NCBI GenBank assembly: GCA_937899865.1
Contig: CALBRH010000063.1
Span: 79,510-143,509 of the forward strand
Length of the DNA stretch: 64,000 nt
Direction: 5' to 3'
Origin: an uncultured euryarchaeote
GTDB taxonomy: Archaea; Thermoplasmatota; Poseidoniia; Poseidoniales; Poseidoniaceae
Shown: positions 28,951 to 44,537 of the stretch, one piece after another
Numbering within the stretch: position 1 is the first letter of the stretch
Layout: the number at the start of each line of letters is the position of its first letter
Notes under the pieces: generated by a model
What the model saw: only the letters and a program-made list of their open reading frames with translations
The model's database searches: none
What the model was told of the DNA's origin: nothing
Made by a program: the position numbers and the translations under genes

Positions 28951-31900
28951 ATGTCGGAAAAACGCTCTACAAAATCACTCTTCTTAATTGCGTTAATGAT
29001 GGTTTCATTATCATCGCCAATATTCTCATCATCAGCGGCAGCAGATTCAGATTCTCAATCGAATGAAAGGAACTATGATGTCCAAGGAGTAATTATCGGA
29101 GACTTAGCAGATTTCGATGTATCAGAAGGTAGAGAGTATTTGTTATTCGATGAAGAAACACCAGTAGTCTCTGCTTATGGATTTATGAAACAGGCATGGA
29201 TTGATGCAGGCAGACCTGGCGTTGATGAGATGAAATATGAGCCAGTCAACTATGGAAGGGCTAGCGCAAGATCTTGTAACCCTCATCTTGTAGGTGATAC
29301 TCTAACAGTTCCTATTTCGGGAGGTTCATTGGACGCTTATGTAGCAAAAACAACCAATACAGTAGCGTTTATTGTTCAAAATGGCAGAACATTATCTTCA
29401 ACTGTTTTAAACAACTTAGCGTCTTCTTGGGATTCAACAATTTACCCAACAATGACCACTTACTATGGTAAAGATTACCAAGATGGTAGAGGCTTAGCTG
29501 CTCCAGACATCGATAATAATTGTCAAGTTCAAATCGTAATTTATGACATAGATGGAGCATTCAACACAGGAGGATATTTTGCTCCATCATTTGCTAGTTC
29601 AAGGGAGGCAGTTTTCATCGATTATGCTGACATAACATTATCTTGGGGTAAGTCAATTATTGCCCATGAGTTACAACATTTACTTCACAATGCTCAAGAT
29701 CCATATGAAAATTTATGGATTGATGAAGGTAACGCTGATGTGGCAATTTACCTGTGCTTTGGTTCAGATTCAACACTAATTAGCCATCTTAATCAATGGA
29801 CAGAATCGCCTGAGTTATCTATAAGGTGGTGGAATCAAAGGTTTGCCGATTATGGTGCAGGATTCATATTTACAATGTATTTAGCAGACCATCTTGGAGG
29901 CGGTCCAGCAGTTCGTCAATTAGTCCAAGATTCAGCAACAGGTGGAGTTTCTGTCCAAAACTTAGCACTTTCACCACCTTCAGGACAACCTGGAATGCTT
30001 GGTAGAACTATGAGTGAAATCTTTGCAAATTTCTCTGTAGCAGCATTTTTGGATTCAGAACAAGGCATCTATGGATTTTCAAACCTCGATCTTACTCCGA
30101 CATGCTCTTCAGGGTCTTTCTGTCGAGCTCAGCCAACAGAAACTAACAGTGATTGGAGTACTCCATTTTCTTCAACTGGACACACGGTAGAAGGATGGGG
30201 TTTGAGGGCATTCAAATTTACTCCTGGTGCATCATCTCCTGCGCCTCTAACAATTAGATTAACAGCAGATGTTAGTCAATTTGATGGAGTAATTGTTACT
30301 AAGTCAATGATAGATGGTCTATTGAGCGTTTCAGATCTAGATTTCCAAAGTAATGTGGCAACTGCATTAGTTCCAGGTTTTGGAAATCTAACTGATGAGG
30401 TTTGGGCAATTACTTGGTATGGTAGTACTGTTGCAGATTGTGATTACACCTCTTGTGGCCCATCTTACCCTCAAGGAACAGTTGACATCGAAGCAGCAAG
30501 AATTACTGCTCCTGCATCATTAACAATCAATAATACTGATTTATCTGACCGAGATGGAGATGGCAATGATGATACAGTACAAGTTAACTTTGATGTTTTC
30601 TCAAATGCATTCTTCGAAGATTTGGATGTTGAGACAAAGATTATTGATTCTCAAGGACTAGTCGTTGATGAGATAACTTCAAGAATTTCTGCAGGTGGTG
30701 GAGTTAATTCTAACAGCAACGTTTGGTTCACTGCACCTTTTGATGGACAATATACTGTCAAATTCGATATGTATGATATGATTGGAACATTAGTGGATAG
30801 TGTTTCTACTCAACCATGGGATCTTGCCAATATGAGGCCAGTAGCAAACGGTTCTATCTCAACTAATGCAAGTCAGACTTGGGAAAATATTCAGTTTGTT
30901 GGCAGTGGGTTTGATGCATGGGGACTATCTTTAGACAACAATACTCTACCATATCTTGACCAACCAGTAGCTTATGCTTGGGATTTTGATGATGGTATAT
31001 CATCTAATTTGAAATCCCCAACAAGGTCATATCAAAATATTGGCTTATACAATGCAACATTAAGAATCATGGATCAAGGGAATACTTGGTCTGAAACAGA
31101 TATCTTACAAATAAATGTCACAGACGATTCCATCCCTCAACCTACCATTACTGTGAATAATGTAGTAATTACTGATAACATAAGTATACTTACCAACCAA
31201 ATGATTCAATTTTCTGCTTCAAGAACTGTTGATAATGTGCCAATACAAAATCTTGAGTTCCAATGGGAATGGGGTGATGGAACATTTGATAATGGCCAAG
31301 GCGCCTACATCGCTCAACATCAATGGGGTGCAATTGACAAAGAAGTTGAGGCATTTAATCTCACATTATCGGTTTTTGATGGTTTTAATACCGGGGTAAA
31401 GAACATTACAGTATATGTTAACAATAGAATTCCATACCAAATTTTTGCTGAGAATTTAACGACTAATACCTACACATCAATCATTATGCCAGATATTTTT
31501 GTCGACGATGATGGTACAATAGTTAGCTATGAATGGAATTTCTTGGACGGGGTGAATTTGGATGGAGGAATCACCGATAGAAATGATGATTTTGTTCAAA
31601 CTTCATCAAATTCTCCATATCCTTCTCCCTCTTGGGACACGCCAGGAATTAAATCAGTTACTCTCAAGGTCGTAGACGATGATGGAAGTGAATCAACAGC
31701 TCAACTATTTGTAAATGTACTAAACCAAGATCCTATAGCAGATTTCACCGTTAGAACAACCTCAGAAGGAGAGACAGTAGCAATAGACTTTAGAGCTGAA
31801 GATGGATATGTCGATGTACCTTATACATTTGATGGAATTTCTTCTTATGATATAGACTCATCAACAGGAGATTCTGCAAACTTGATATTTAATTGGTCAT

Positions 31901-33165
31901 TCGGTGAAGGATTTTATAGTGACAACGCGATATCAACTTTCACCTTTACTGAACCAGGGATTCATGAAGTGTCACTTTATGTCATAGATGACTATGGTGC
32001 TCAAAGTTTGACAAAAACAATAACTGTCAGAGTCCAGAATCCATTACCGATAATATCTGTTAGAATTTTAGATGGCTGGGTAGATGGCCAGCAAATGGAT
32101 CGTAATTCACCTCGTCCAGAAGGTTTTATTCCCGATTCTTGGACTCACACTTTTGATGACCAAGAAAATACTTTCACAGCACCAGGATATGTATTATATT
32201 TTGATTCTGAAGGAACTAGAGATGGAGATAGAAGGTATGAAGGTAAATATTCTCCAGTAATGGATGAAGGTAATTCAAATTGGAACGGTATTGTCGAATA
32301 TACATGGGATTTTGGCGATGCAACTCCTCTATCAAAAGAACCCTCGCCTTGGCATTTTTATGAAAACCCAGGAACCTATACAGTTACCTTGACCGTTAGA
32401 GACTCTTATGGCACAGGTGACGTAAGTAAGCAATCATTTACTATCGTAGTTGATGAAGCTCCAGAGGTCAAGAAAATTGAAATCCCAAGTGAAATAATTG
32501 CTGGGGAATCAACTTATCTAAGTGCAAATGTTTCAGATTATGAAATGACTAACAATGTATTAGTGCATCGTGATTTAAATGTAGAAGATGGTTCAATTTT
32601 TGATAAAGATGAGACTTTGAATTCAGAATTAGTAGTTAGGTGGGATATCAACGCAGATAGAGATACAAACAAGAATGGTATTTTGGATGATGATTGGTTA
32701 ATCCCTAAAGCAAATGCGGTAAATTACCGTATCTCTGCATTATGGAATGAGTCGGGAACATTCAAAATAATATTGGAAGCATGCGATGGAATTGGAATTT
32801 GTACTTTAGTTAGTGAAGATGTTGAGGTCACTCCAAAACCCGATCCAGAACCATCGCTGTCTGACTTCGAATTAGAAGATTGGTCATCATGGGTTAAAGA
32901 TGCAGGTTCAGACCTTGCGACCTACATTGCTTTGATTGCAGTTGCTTTGATTTTAGGTTGGCTCGTTCTTAGGGAATCATCTGAAGTTGAAGACGATGCA
33001 AAACAGGCTGCAGAATCTTACAGTGATGTTGAACATGTAGAGGTCCAAGGAGGGCTATTGGGTATGGATCAGCATACGCCACCGCCAGCACCTGCAATAC
33101 TATCAAAGGAAGAGCGTAGAAGTGAAGAAAGCGGATACATAAGGCCATTGCGAAGAAGAATCTAA
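28951..33165 (+). CDS. Large cell-surface zinc metalloprotease with multiple PKD domains
   Basis: Signal peptide; AHELQH...WIDEG; repeated WDFDDG/WEWGDG/WSFGEG/WDFGD..Y..PG.Y.V.L PKD motifs; DRDGDG; C-terminal TM. Confidence 0.85.
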   Translation: MSEKRSTKSLFLIALMMVSLSSPIFSSSAAADSDSQSNERNYDVQGVIIGDLADFDVSEGREYLLFDEETPVVSAYGFMKQAWIDAGRPGVDEMKYEPVNYGRASARSCNPHLVGDTLTVPISGGSLDAYVAKTTNTVAFIVQNGRTLSSTVLNNLASSWDSTIYPTMTTYYGKDYQDGRGLAAPDIDNNCQVQIVIYDIDGAFNTGGYFAPSFASSREAVFIDYADITLSWGKSIIAHELQHLLHNAQDPYENLWIDEGNADVAIYLCFGSDSTLISHLNQWTESPELSIRWWNQRFADYGAGFIFTMYLADHLGGGPAVRQLVQDSATGGVSVQNLALSPPSGQPGMLGRTMSEIFANFSVAAFLDSEQGIYGFSNLDLTPTCSSGSFCRAQPTETNSDWSTPFSSTGHTVEGWGLRAFKFTPGASSPAPLTIRLTADVSQFDGVIVTKSMIDGLLSVSDLDFQSNVATALVPGFGNLTDEVWAITWYGSTVADCDYTSCGPSYPQGTVDIEAARITAPASLTINNTDLSDRDGDGNDDTVQVNFDVFSNAFFEDLDVETKIIDSQGLVVDEITSRISAGGGVNSNSNVWFTAPFDGQYTVKFDMYDMIGTLVDSVSTQPWDLANMRPVANGSISTNASQTWENIQFVGSGFDAWGLSLDNNTLPYLDQPVAYAWDFDDGISSNLKSPTRSYQNIGLYNATLRIMDQGNTWSETDILQINVTDDSIPQPTITVNNVVITDNISILTNQMIQFSASRTVDNVPIQNLEFQWEWGDGTFDNGQGAYIAQHQWGAIDKEVEAFNLTLSVFDGFNTGVKNITVYVNNRIPYQIFAENLTTNTYTSIIMPDIFVDDDGTIVSYEWNFLDGVNLDGGITDRNDDFVQTSSNSPYPSPSWDTPGIKSVTLKVVDDDGSESTAQLFVNVLNQDPIADFTVRTTSEGETVAIDFRAEDGYVDVPYTFDGISSYDIDSSTGDSANLIFNWSFGEGFYSDNAISTFTFTEPGIHEVSLYVIDDYGAQSLTKTITVRVQNPLPIISVRILDGWVDGQQMDRNSPRPEGFIPDSWTHTFDDQENTFTAPGYVLYFDSEGTRDGDRRYEGKYSPVMDEGNSNWNGIVEYTWDFGDATPLSKEPSPWHFYENPGTYTVTLTVRDSYGTGDVSKQSFTIVVDEAPEVKKIEIPSEIIAGESTYLSANVSDYEMTNNVLVHRDLNVEDGSIFDKDETLNSELVVRWDINADRDTNKNGILDDDWLIPKANAVNYRISALWNESGTFKIILEACDGIGICTLVSEDVEVTPKPDPEPSLSDFELEDWSSWVKDAGSDLATYIALIAVALILGWLVLRESSEVEDDAKQAAESYSDVEHVEVQGGLLGMDQHTPPPAPAILSKEERRSEESGYIRPLRRRI

Positions 33166-33204
33166 CAGTTAGGATATTGAACTGAATTAACATAGAGTAA
33201 ATTA

Positions 33205-34305
33205 GTGGTAGAGATGAGTAAAAAAACCGTCATTGTTTTGATAATGGTGTTTACTCTACCTATGTTCGGAATTCATGGCAATCATTTTGTCGAAAATGCC
33301 TCAGCTGCTGATGCTTGTAGTGGGGACATAGAGCCAATCTTATGGAATCAAACTGTGGGTCGCTCAGCATTGGTTCCTCATTACAACTATTACAGCGGAT
33401 ATTTTGGATTTGGCGAATATTATGATGAAGACGATAGAAAAGGAAGAGACCATGAAAAAGATTGGATTTTGGAACCTCCTCGCGAGAAAACTGAATTAAA
33501 TCCAGAAGAAGAGTGGATGTATGTTGCTTGGGATAGAAATTCAAGATTGGATACATTGACTTCTAATCATCATTCAACAATGCTTGTTGGCAATGATAGT
33601 ATTGGAGCACTTAGAGTAAATCTTTCCGCCCAGCACAGGACTACTGTTTGTGTTACTGTTGAGGCATTAAATGAAACCAACGATGACTATTCAGTAGATG
33701 TTTACTTGATGACTTCATCGGAATATCAGCGTTATACAGAATTGTATTATTCATCACATTCTGAGAATAGTTTCTACAATGACCTTTCTGAGGCACTTAG
33801 TGATATATCTCCTGAATGGAGGAGTCTTGATTTTACAGGATGGAGGTCATATAGGGACGCTCATCAATATGAGTCAGTAAATCAGATCAATTTTGCATTG
33901 AATTTAGATGGGCCAGAATCTTATACTCCAATTTTTGGTGATGAAATGTGGCAAGATTTCTACATAGTAATTGATACATGGGATAATAATCATGACAATG
34001 ATGCAAGTGCTCCAGGGGTAGTAACAGCTGCAGATGTAACGATAATTACTACTGAGAGGTCGTTTATTTTACCAAACTATACTGTGGCGATAATTTTCCT
34101 TATGATGATTATTGGTATGGTCATTTTCCCATTCATATTGAATGCTAGGTATATGAGAGCAGGTTTAGATGCGAATGATGGCGCAACTGGACCTGGTTTA
34201 GTGCCTTCACTTGAAGTTGATGCAGAATTAACTGATCATAGTTTAGAACAGCCTTTAGATGCTAAAGATTATCCTGAAATAGGTGGTAATGATACTGGCG
34301 ATTAA
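33205..34305 (+). CDS. Hypothetical secreted/membrane-anchored protein
   Basis: N-terminal signal-like segment, acidic beta-rich body, one C-terminal TM helix; directly downstream of the PKD protease. Confidence 0.6.
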   Translation: MVEMSKKTVIVLIMVFTLPMFGIHGNHFVENASAADACSGDIEPILWNQTVGRSALVPHYNYYSGYFGFGEYYDEDDRKGRDHEKDWILEPPREKTELNPEEEWMYVAWDRNSRLDTLTSNHHSTMLVGNDSIGALRVNLSAQHRTTVCVTVEALNETNDDYSVDVYLMTSSEYQRYTELYYSSHSENSFYNDLSEALSDISPEWRSLDFTGWRSYRDAHQYESVNQINFALNLDGPESYTPIFGDEMWQDFYIVIDTWDNNHDNDASAPGVVTAADVTIITTERSFILPNYTVAIIFLMMIIGMVIFPFILNARYMRAGLDANDGATGPGLVPSLEVDAELTDHSLEQPLDAKDYPEIGGNDTGD

Positions 34306-35099
34306 TATTCCATTAATGCCCATGCATCTCTAAGGTCTCTAACGTTGATTAGTCCCTTGTCAGATAATCTGAAATGGTTCATCATTGTAGCATATACTAT
34401 CTCTTGCTCGAGCACAGGAGCGTGCAATCTGACCCAGTCCCCACCATTGCCTAATCCCATTATAGAGTGGCTAGATTCTTGTCCAATCAATGAATTTGCC
34501 GCTTCAAAAATCTGTAAAGCATCTTGATGGTTATTTACTGTAGAACAGAATTTAACGATATCTCCTTGAGTCGAGTTATCTTTAATCAATGCAACAATCT
34601 CATCAGCATTAGGTGTTGATTTTGTTTCATGAATAGAAGCAATGACTTTGGAATTTGATTCTTTAGCAAGCTTCATCAGTTTTTCTCTAGATTTTTTGGC
34701 GATTGATAATTCAAGGTCAACAAATGTTACTTGTGACTTAATTCCAAGTTCAAGAATTTCTAATCTTTGTTCTTCAGTACCCGAAAAGAATCCTCCTTCT
34801 CTAACCGATCTAATTGTGAAAATGACAGGACCTGGGATTCCTTCTTTTAGATTTTCAATTGACTTTTCGACATCGATTTCAGAGAAATCTTTGACTCCCC
34901 AATCTTCGACTGGAGGCATCTTGGTATATTCTTCTCCATCATCATTTACCATGGTCACTGGTTCAGGTTTATTCAAGTATAACTTGTCGAATCGAACTTC
35001 AACATAGTCGGCTCCAGCAATATTTGCTCTTGTAGCTTCATCAATCATCTCTTCGACTGTGATTGCTTCTAATGAGACACATACTTTTGGTTCTGCCAT
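34302..35099 (-). CDS. aroD: 3-dehydroquinate dehydratase, type I
   Basis: VEVRFD, IFTIRS..EGG, FVDLEL, IASIH, DIVKF, MGLG..G..RL. Confidence 0.85.
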   Translation of the reverse strand: MAEPKVCVSLEAITVEEMIDEATRANIAGADYVEVRFDKLYLNKPEPVTMVNDDGEEYTKMPPVEDWGVKDFSEIDVEKSIENLKEGIPGPVIFTIRSVREGGFFSGTEEQRLEILELGIKSQVTFVDLELSIAKKSREKLMKLAKESNSKVIASIHETKSTPNADEIVALIKDNSTQGDIVKFCSTVNNHQDALQIFEAANSLIGQESSHSIMGLGNGGDWVRLHAPVLEQEIVYATMMNHFRLSDKGLINVRDLRDAWALMEY

Positions 35100-35377
35100 G
35101 GATTGCCCAATTTGGATATCTTATTAATGCTCACGGCTAAAATAAGAGTAATCAAGGTTCAAAAAAACAGCATTGAAGGTCAAATTTAAGTCGCCAATTT
35201 AGCATTAATTTTCATCATTTTCCACTACCTTAAAGTACCCCCTTCTCCGATAGACAAAGGTAGGGGTTTTTACTGTTAAGTTCGTTGTACAGCGGCCAAT
35301 TTTAATAACTATTCCGGGAACTAAACCAGCCTGAAAAATCAAACTAAAAATCAGTTTAAATCCAAGATCCGCGGTGA

Positions 35378-40085
<4,708 letters not shown>

Positions 40086-40154
40086 ATTAATATCGACGGA
40101 TTCAAATTCAATAACACATGTGGTTGACCCAACCGAAGCGCTGTTGGTGGTAAA

Positions 40155-41411
40155 ATGGATACAAGCAAATTGATTTACGACTGGAACATTATTGATTACG
40201 AAATAAATCGTAACCCTGCTAATCATCCACATGGTGTTTGGTTTGATGATGAGACCTTGAGAGATGGTTTGCAAAGTCCAAGTGCAAGAAATCCAACAAT
40301 CGATGAGAAAAAAGAATTATTGACTTACATGGAGAAATTGGGCATTCAAAAAGTCGATTTGGGATTACCAGGAGCAGGGCCTTTCCACCGAGAACATATT
40401 AATTCAATGCTTTCTCATATAATCGATAATGATTATCAAATAAGACCAGGTGCTGCTGTTAGAACATTAATGCATGACATAGAACCATTGGTCGAAATGC
40501 AAGAACAACATGGAATTCAAATACAAGCATCAGCATTCCTTGGAACCAGTCCAATACGTCAATATACTGAAGGTTGGACAATGGAAAAACTCATTTCAAC
40601 AATGGAAAAGGCAGTATCTTATGCAGTTGAAAACGATGTTCCTGTAATGTTTGTTACTGAAGATACTACGAGATCAAATCCAGATGATGTTAGAGCAATA
40701 TATCAAAGAGCAATGGAATTGGGTGTTAGAAGGCTGTGTGTATGTGACACATGCGGGCATGTAACGCCTAATGGTGTCAAGAAATTACTCAATTTTGTTG
40801 ATGAGGAAGTTATCAAAGATGGCGGATACAAGAGAAATGAAATCGAAGTTAATTGGCATGGTCATCAAGACCGTGGATTAGGCGTTGCAAATAATATTGC
40901 AGCAGTTGAAGCAGGTGCGGATGTGATTCATGGAACAGCTTTAGGTGTTGGTGAGAGAGCAGGAAATGCTCCCCTTGACCAAACCCTGGTAAATCTAAAA
41001 TTGATGGGCGTTATTGATAATGATTTGACATTGCTTGATGAATATATGAGGAAAGCAAACAAATACATTGAAGTCCCATTACCAAGAAATTATCCAGTAT
41101 TTGGCGAAGATGCTTTTGAGACAGGAACTGGAGTTCATGCTTCAGCAGTCATTAAGGCCATGAGAAAAGGTGATGATTGGCTTGCAGATAGAGTATATTC
41201 TGGAGTACCAGCAGGTGATTTCGGACTAAAGCAAGTAATTAGAATTGGTCACATGGCAGGTCGTTCAAATATAATTTGGTGGCTGGAACAAAATGGCTAT
41301 GAAGTAACAGATGAATTAGTTGCACATCTGTTTGAAGTTGCCAAATCGCAAAGAAGAAACATGTTGGATAGCGAAGTAGAGTCTGCAGTTAACCAATTTT
41401 TGAATCAATAA
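40155..41411 (+). CDS. LeuA/homocitrate-synthase-family (DRE-TIM) acyltransferase without the C-terminal regulatory domain
   Basis: DETLRDGLQ, CDTCG, HGHQDRGLG, GVGERAGNA; exact substrate not determinable. Confidence 0.8.
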   Translation: MDTSKLIYDWNIIDYEINRNPANHPHGVWFDDETLRDGLQSPSARNPTIDEKKELLTYMEKLGIQKVDLGLPGAGPFHREHINSMLSHIIDNDYQIRPGAAVRTLMHDIEPLVEMQEQHGIQIQASAFLGTSPIRQYTEGWTMEKLISTMEKAVSYAVENDVPVMFVTEDTTRSNPDDVRAIYQRAMELGVRRLCVCDTCGHVTPNGVKKLLNFVDEEVIKDGGYKRNEIEVNWHGHQDRGLGVANNIAAVEAGADVIHGTALGVGERAGNAPLDQTLVNLKLMGVIDNDLTLLDEYMRKANKYIEVPLPRNYPVFGEDAFETGTGVHASAVIKAMRKGDDWLADRVYSGVPAGDFGLKQVIRIGHMAGRSNIIWWLEQNGYEVTDELVAHLFEVAKSQRRNMLDSEVESAVNQFLNQ

Positions 41412-42725
41412 TTATTCAAATTCTTGGTAAGTATCGAGATTTTTTTGGTTTGAGATAGAATTGACCCATTCACTATCCACGCTACCTCCACTCCATTCTC
41501 CATCTAATGCAACTTCACTAACATCAACTTCTTCTCTCCATGATGGCTTTTCATCAGAGCCACAAACAATGAACTGGCCACTAGAATTTATTTGCTCTTC
41601 AAGTAATGAAATGTGTTTTGAAACAGGTAAGAAATGACCAACCGGCATACCAGAAGCAGTAAAAGGATTAGTTGCAGCACCAATCAGTAGGCCATCTTCA
41701 GGTGCAACAATATCTACTGTAAGCCCCGGTGTTGCAGGGTCGGAAATAGTGGCAATGACTTCACCTTCTCGCATAACTGAGCCAGCTGATACGAACATAT
41801 CCAATAATCCACCTTCACCTGCCCTTAACCATCTTGAGCCACTTGCTAACATCCTAAATCTAGGCCTATTTGGGATACCAGGTATCATTCTAAGCGACCT
41901 TAGAACATTTAATACACCATGAATAGCAACTTTGACGGTAGTATTGTCGATTAAATTCGCTCCTCCTCCCTCATATGTTATGGCAGGTATATCCTGTTCA
42001 TTTGCTGCTTTGCGGAGTGAGCCCGAAGGTGCTTTAGAATCTAGTAATATCTCTATACCAAATGCTTTAGCTAATATATTTGAGCCAGCATGTGCTAAAT
42101 CTACTCTTAATTGAGGCATATTTGATCTGCCTTTTGCCGCACTATGAAGGTCAATAATGGCATCACTGTCGCTAAGTAAGTATTTCCATACTTGGGCTGC
42201 AACCCTTTTTGTTGTTGAACCTTTAAAATCTCCTGGGAAATTTCTATTCAAGTCTCTACCATCGGGAAAGTATCTAGATTTACCACGATATCCAGGTAAA
42301 TTTACTACAGGTACTATTCTTATTGTTCCAGCTAGTTGTTTAGGATCTAAACTCTTTCCAATATCAGTAAATGAATTTGATAGTAAGTGCGTACAAGCTG
42401 AAGCACCGGTTAATTCGTCACCATGTATTCCACCTAGAATTGTAATTGTAGGTCCTGGTCTAATGCCATGTAATACTGTTACAGGTATCGGCCAAGGGTC
42501 ACCAAGGTCAACTTCAAGCAATGGTAACGAAATAGTTCTTATTGTGCCAGTTTTGATGGTTTTACGAAATAATTTGATATTTCCCCAATCAGCACTTCTA
42601 TCCCATTCAGGGCGGTCTTCTGTTTTGTGTGCATTAAGCGCCTCTTGAATAGCAATTTTACGACGCTTTGGCAATTCATGGGCCAGCCTAACTTTTTTCT
42701 TCTTGACCTTTTTTTTGCCGCCCAT
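41412..42725 (-). CDS. Succinylglutamate desuccinylase/aspartoacylase (M14-like) family protein
   Basis: GGIHGDE, PVVNLPG, RDLNRNFPG, IDLHS, ITYEGG; Lys-rich N-terminus. Confidence 0.85.
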   Translation of the reverse strand: MGGKKKVKKKKVRLAHELPKRRKIAIQEALNAHKTEDRPEWDRSADWGNIKLFRKTIKTGTIRTISLPLLEVDLGDPWPIPVTVLHGIRPGPTITILGGIHGDELTGASACTHLLSNSFTDIGKSLDPKQLAGTIRIVPVVNLPGYRGKSRYFPDGRDLNRNFPGDFKGSTTKRVAAQVWKYLLSDSDAIIDLHSAAKGRSNMPQLRVDLAHAGSNILAKAFGIEILLDSKAPSGSLRKAANEQDIPAITYEGGGANLIDNTTVKVAIHGVLNVLRSLRMIPGIPNRPRFRMLASGSRWLRAGEGGLLDMFVSAGSVMREGEVIATISDPATPGLTVDIVAPEDGLLIGAATNPFTASGMPVGHFLPVSKHISLLEEQINSSGQFIVCGSDEKPSWREEVDVSEVALDGEWSGGSVDSEWVNSISNQKNLDTYQEFE

Positions 42726-42814
42726 GAACTCGGGAAAGGCTCCTTATCAATGAATGATGCGATTGATGTAATATTAATCGCAAGTAACAAAGACAGCCGA
42801 ATAATAGACGTATT

Positions 42815-43282
42815 ATGGCAGAAAGATGCGTTCAACATGAATACGCTCCAAACTCAATTTGTTTTGGATGTGGCCCAGCAAATCTCGATGGCTTGAGAAT
42901 TGAAAGTCACAGAATAGACAACGGCTTAGTACTAGAATATCTCCCGAACGATTCTCATCAAGCATTTCCAGGAATGATTAATGGAGGGATAATAGGGACC
43001 TTGTTAGATTGTCACGGAAATTGGACAGCAGCTATTGGATTGATGGACAAAAATAACCTTGAAGAGCCACCTTGCACTGTAACAGCATCTTATTCAGTTA
43101 GTTTGAGAAGACCTACTCCTTTAGGTGAGAAACTAATCATAACAAGTCAAATTGAAGAGATTGATGGTGATAAAGTAAAAGTTGACTTATTATTGGAAGC
43201 AAATGGAAAGGTTTGTGCAAGTGGCAAAGGGCTATTTGTCGCCGTTAAAGAAGGACATCCGGCTTATCATAGGTGGAATTGA
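42815..43282 (+). CDS. PaaI/hotdog-fold thioesterase
   Basis: CFGCGPAN..GL, AFPGMINGGIIGTLLDCH, LRRPTP. Confidence 0.85.
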   Translation: MAERCVQHEYAPNSICFGCGPANLDGLRIESHRIDNGLVLEYLPNDSHQAFPGMINGGIIGTLLDCHGNWTAAIGLMDKNNLEEPPCTVTASYSVSLRRPTPLGEKLIITSQIEEIDGDKVKVDLLLEANGKVCASGKGLFVAVKEGHPAYHRWN

Positions 43283-43286
43283 ATAA

Positions 43287-43820
43287 ATGGTCAAACCGAA
43301 TAATTCTCAAAAAGAACAACTCGACGATTTGAGGAAATTAGTAATTGAAATAATGCAAGATATGGACGTATGGAAGGATCATGAACTGGATGCGTTGTAC
43401 AATATCAAACTTGGAGTTCTAAGAAAAAACGCAACACAAAGACATGGAGTTACAAAGTGGCAAAAAGGAGTATCAGAAAGCGAGTTAAGCTTTGAAACTC
43501 TAGACTCAATTGAACTTCATCCTGAATTATTAAATCAACAATGGAATGCTTATGCAGCATTTGTCTTACATCATGAATTTATTCATGCATTAGGATTTAG
43601 GCATCATAATTCATTATTTAGAAAACTGGAATATTCTTGGCCAGGCGTCAATGCTGGAGAAATAGGACCAAAATTTACTGAATTCTTGCGTAGAAAAACT
43701 GCAAATTGGCTGTGGGTTTGTAAAGATTGTAATTCGGAATTCCCTCGTAAAAAGCCTAGTAATGGCAAATATAAGTGTAGAAAATGTATGACTATTCTAG
43801 TTGATGTCAAATTAAATTGA
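43287..43820 (+). CDS. SprT-like zinc metalloprotease with zinc ribbon
   Basis: IELHPELL, VLHHEFIHALG, HNSLF, C-terminal CKDC...CRKC. Confidence 0.75.
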   Translation: MVKPNNSQKEQLDDLRKLVIEIMQDMDVWKDHELDALYNIKLGVLRKNATQRHGVTKWQKGVSESELSFETLDSIELHPELLNQQWNAYAAFVLHHEFIHALGFRHHNSLFRKLEYSWPGVNAGEIGPKFTEFLRRKTANWLWVCKDCNSEFPRKKPSNGKYKCRKCMTILVDVKLN

Positions 43821-43822
43821 GA

Positions 43823-44446
43823 CTACTTTTTGGATTTACTTTTTTTAGCCTTTTTCTCTGCAGTTTCAATTGCATCATCTGCATCCATATCTGCTTCTTT
43901 AGCAGCCTTGGTAATCATTGACTTTTCTTCTTCAGTGATTTCTCCATCTTTAGCAGCCGACTTCATAGCAGCCTCAACATTCATTACAGCAGCTTCTTCA
44001 TCAGATATTCCAAGTGCAGTTTGGAATGATTTGAGTTCATTCAATTCTTCTTCGGTAATAACACCATCTGACCAAGCGGAATCATATGCTTCTAGTAGAA
44101 AGTCTCTATATGCTCCTGGATTGAGTAAAACATCCCTAATCAGTCCATGATTTGGTCCAGATTCAATGGAATCTGACATCTCTAATATTGCTATTGATCT
44201 CCTTACTTCTTTAACTGCCATGTCCTTAAGGCCGTGTCCAGCCCAAACTGCACCAGCAGCAACAACTGCTGCAGCAAACCATCTCATGATGTTTTCATCT
44301 ACTAGGTCACCTGGTTCAATCAAGTGGAAAATTCCCAGTACTGCCATAGCAGCACCACACATGACCTCAACCCAATCGTTTAGGTCTGGTTCATCATCAA
44401 AAACAGACAGTCTTTCCTCGACTATGGAATCCATGTCGTCGCTCAT
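43823..44446 (-). CDS. Membrane protein with TerB-like DG.IT.EE repeats (start reassigned to ATG 44446)
   Basis: Two TM helices, AWSDGVITEEEL and AAKDGEITEEEK, Lys-rich tail. Confidence 0.5.
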   Translation of the reverse strand: MSDDMDSIVEERLSVFDDEPDLNDWVEVMCGAAMAVLGIFHLIEPGDLVDENIMRWFAAAVVAAGAVWAGHGLKDMAVKEVRRSIAILEMSDSIESGPNHGLIRDVLLNPGAYRDFLLEAYDSAWSDGVITEEELNELKSFQTALGISDEEAAVMNVEAAMKSAAKDGEITEEEKSMITKAAKEADMDADDAIETAEKKAKKSKSKK

Positions 44447-44537
44447 GTTGGTAATGCAGTAATCGAAAGGTCTTATTGATGTCGGAGTCAAATTATCAAG
44501 CGTTGTCCTTTTGGACTATTGGCAACACACCCGTTAC

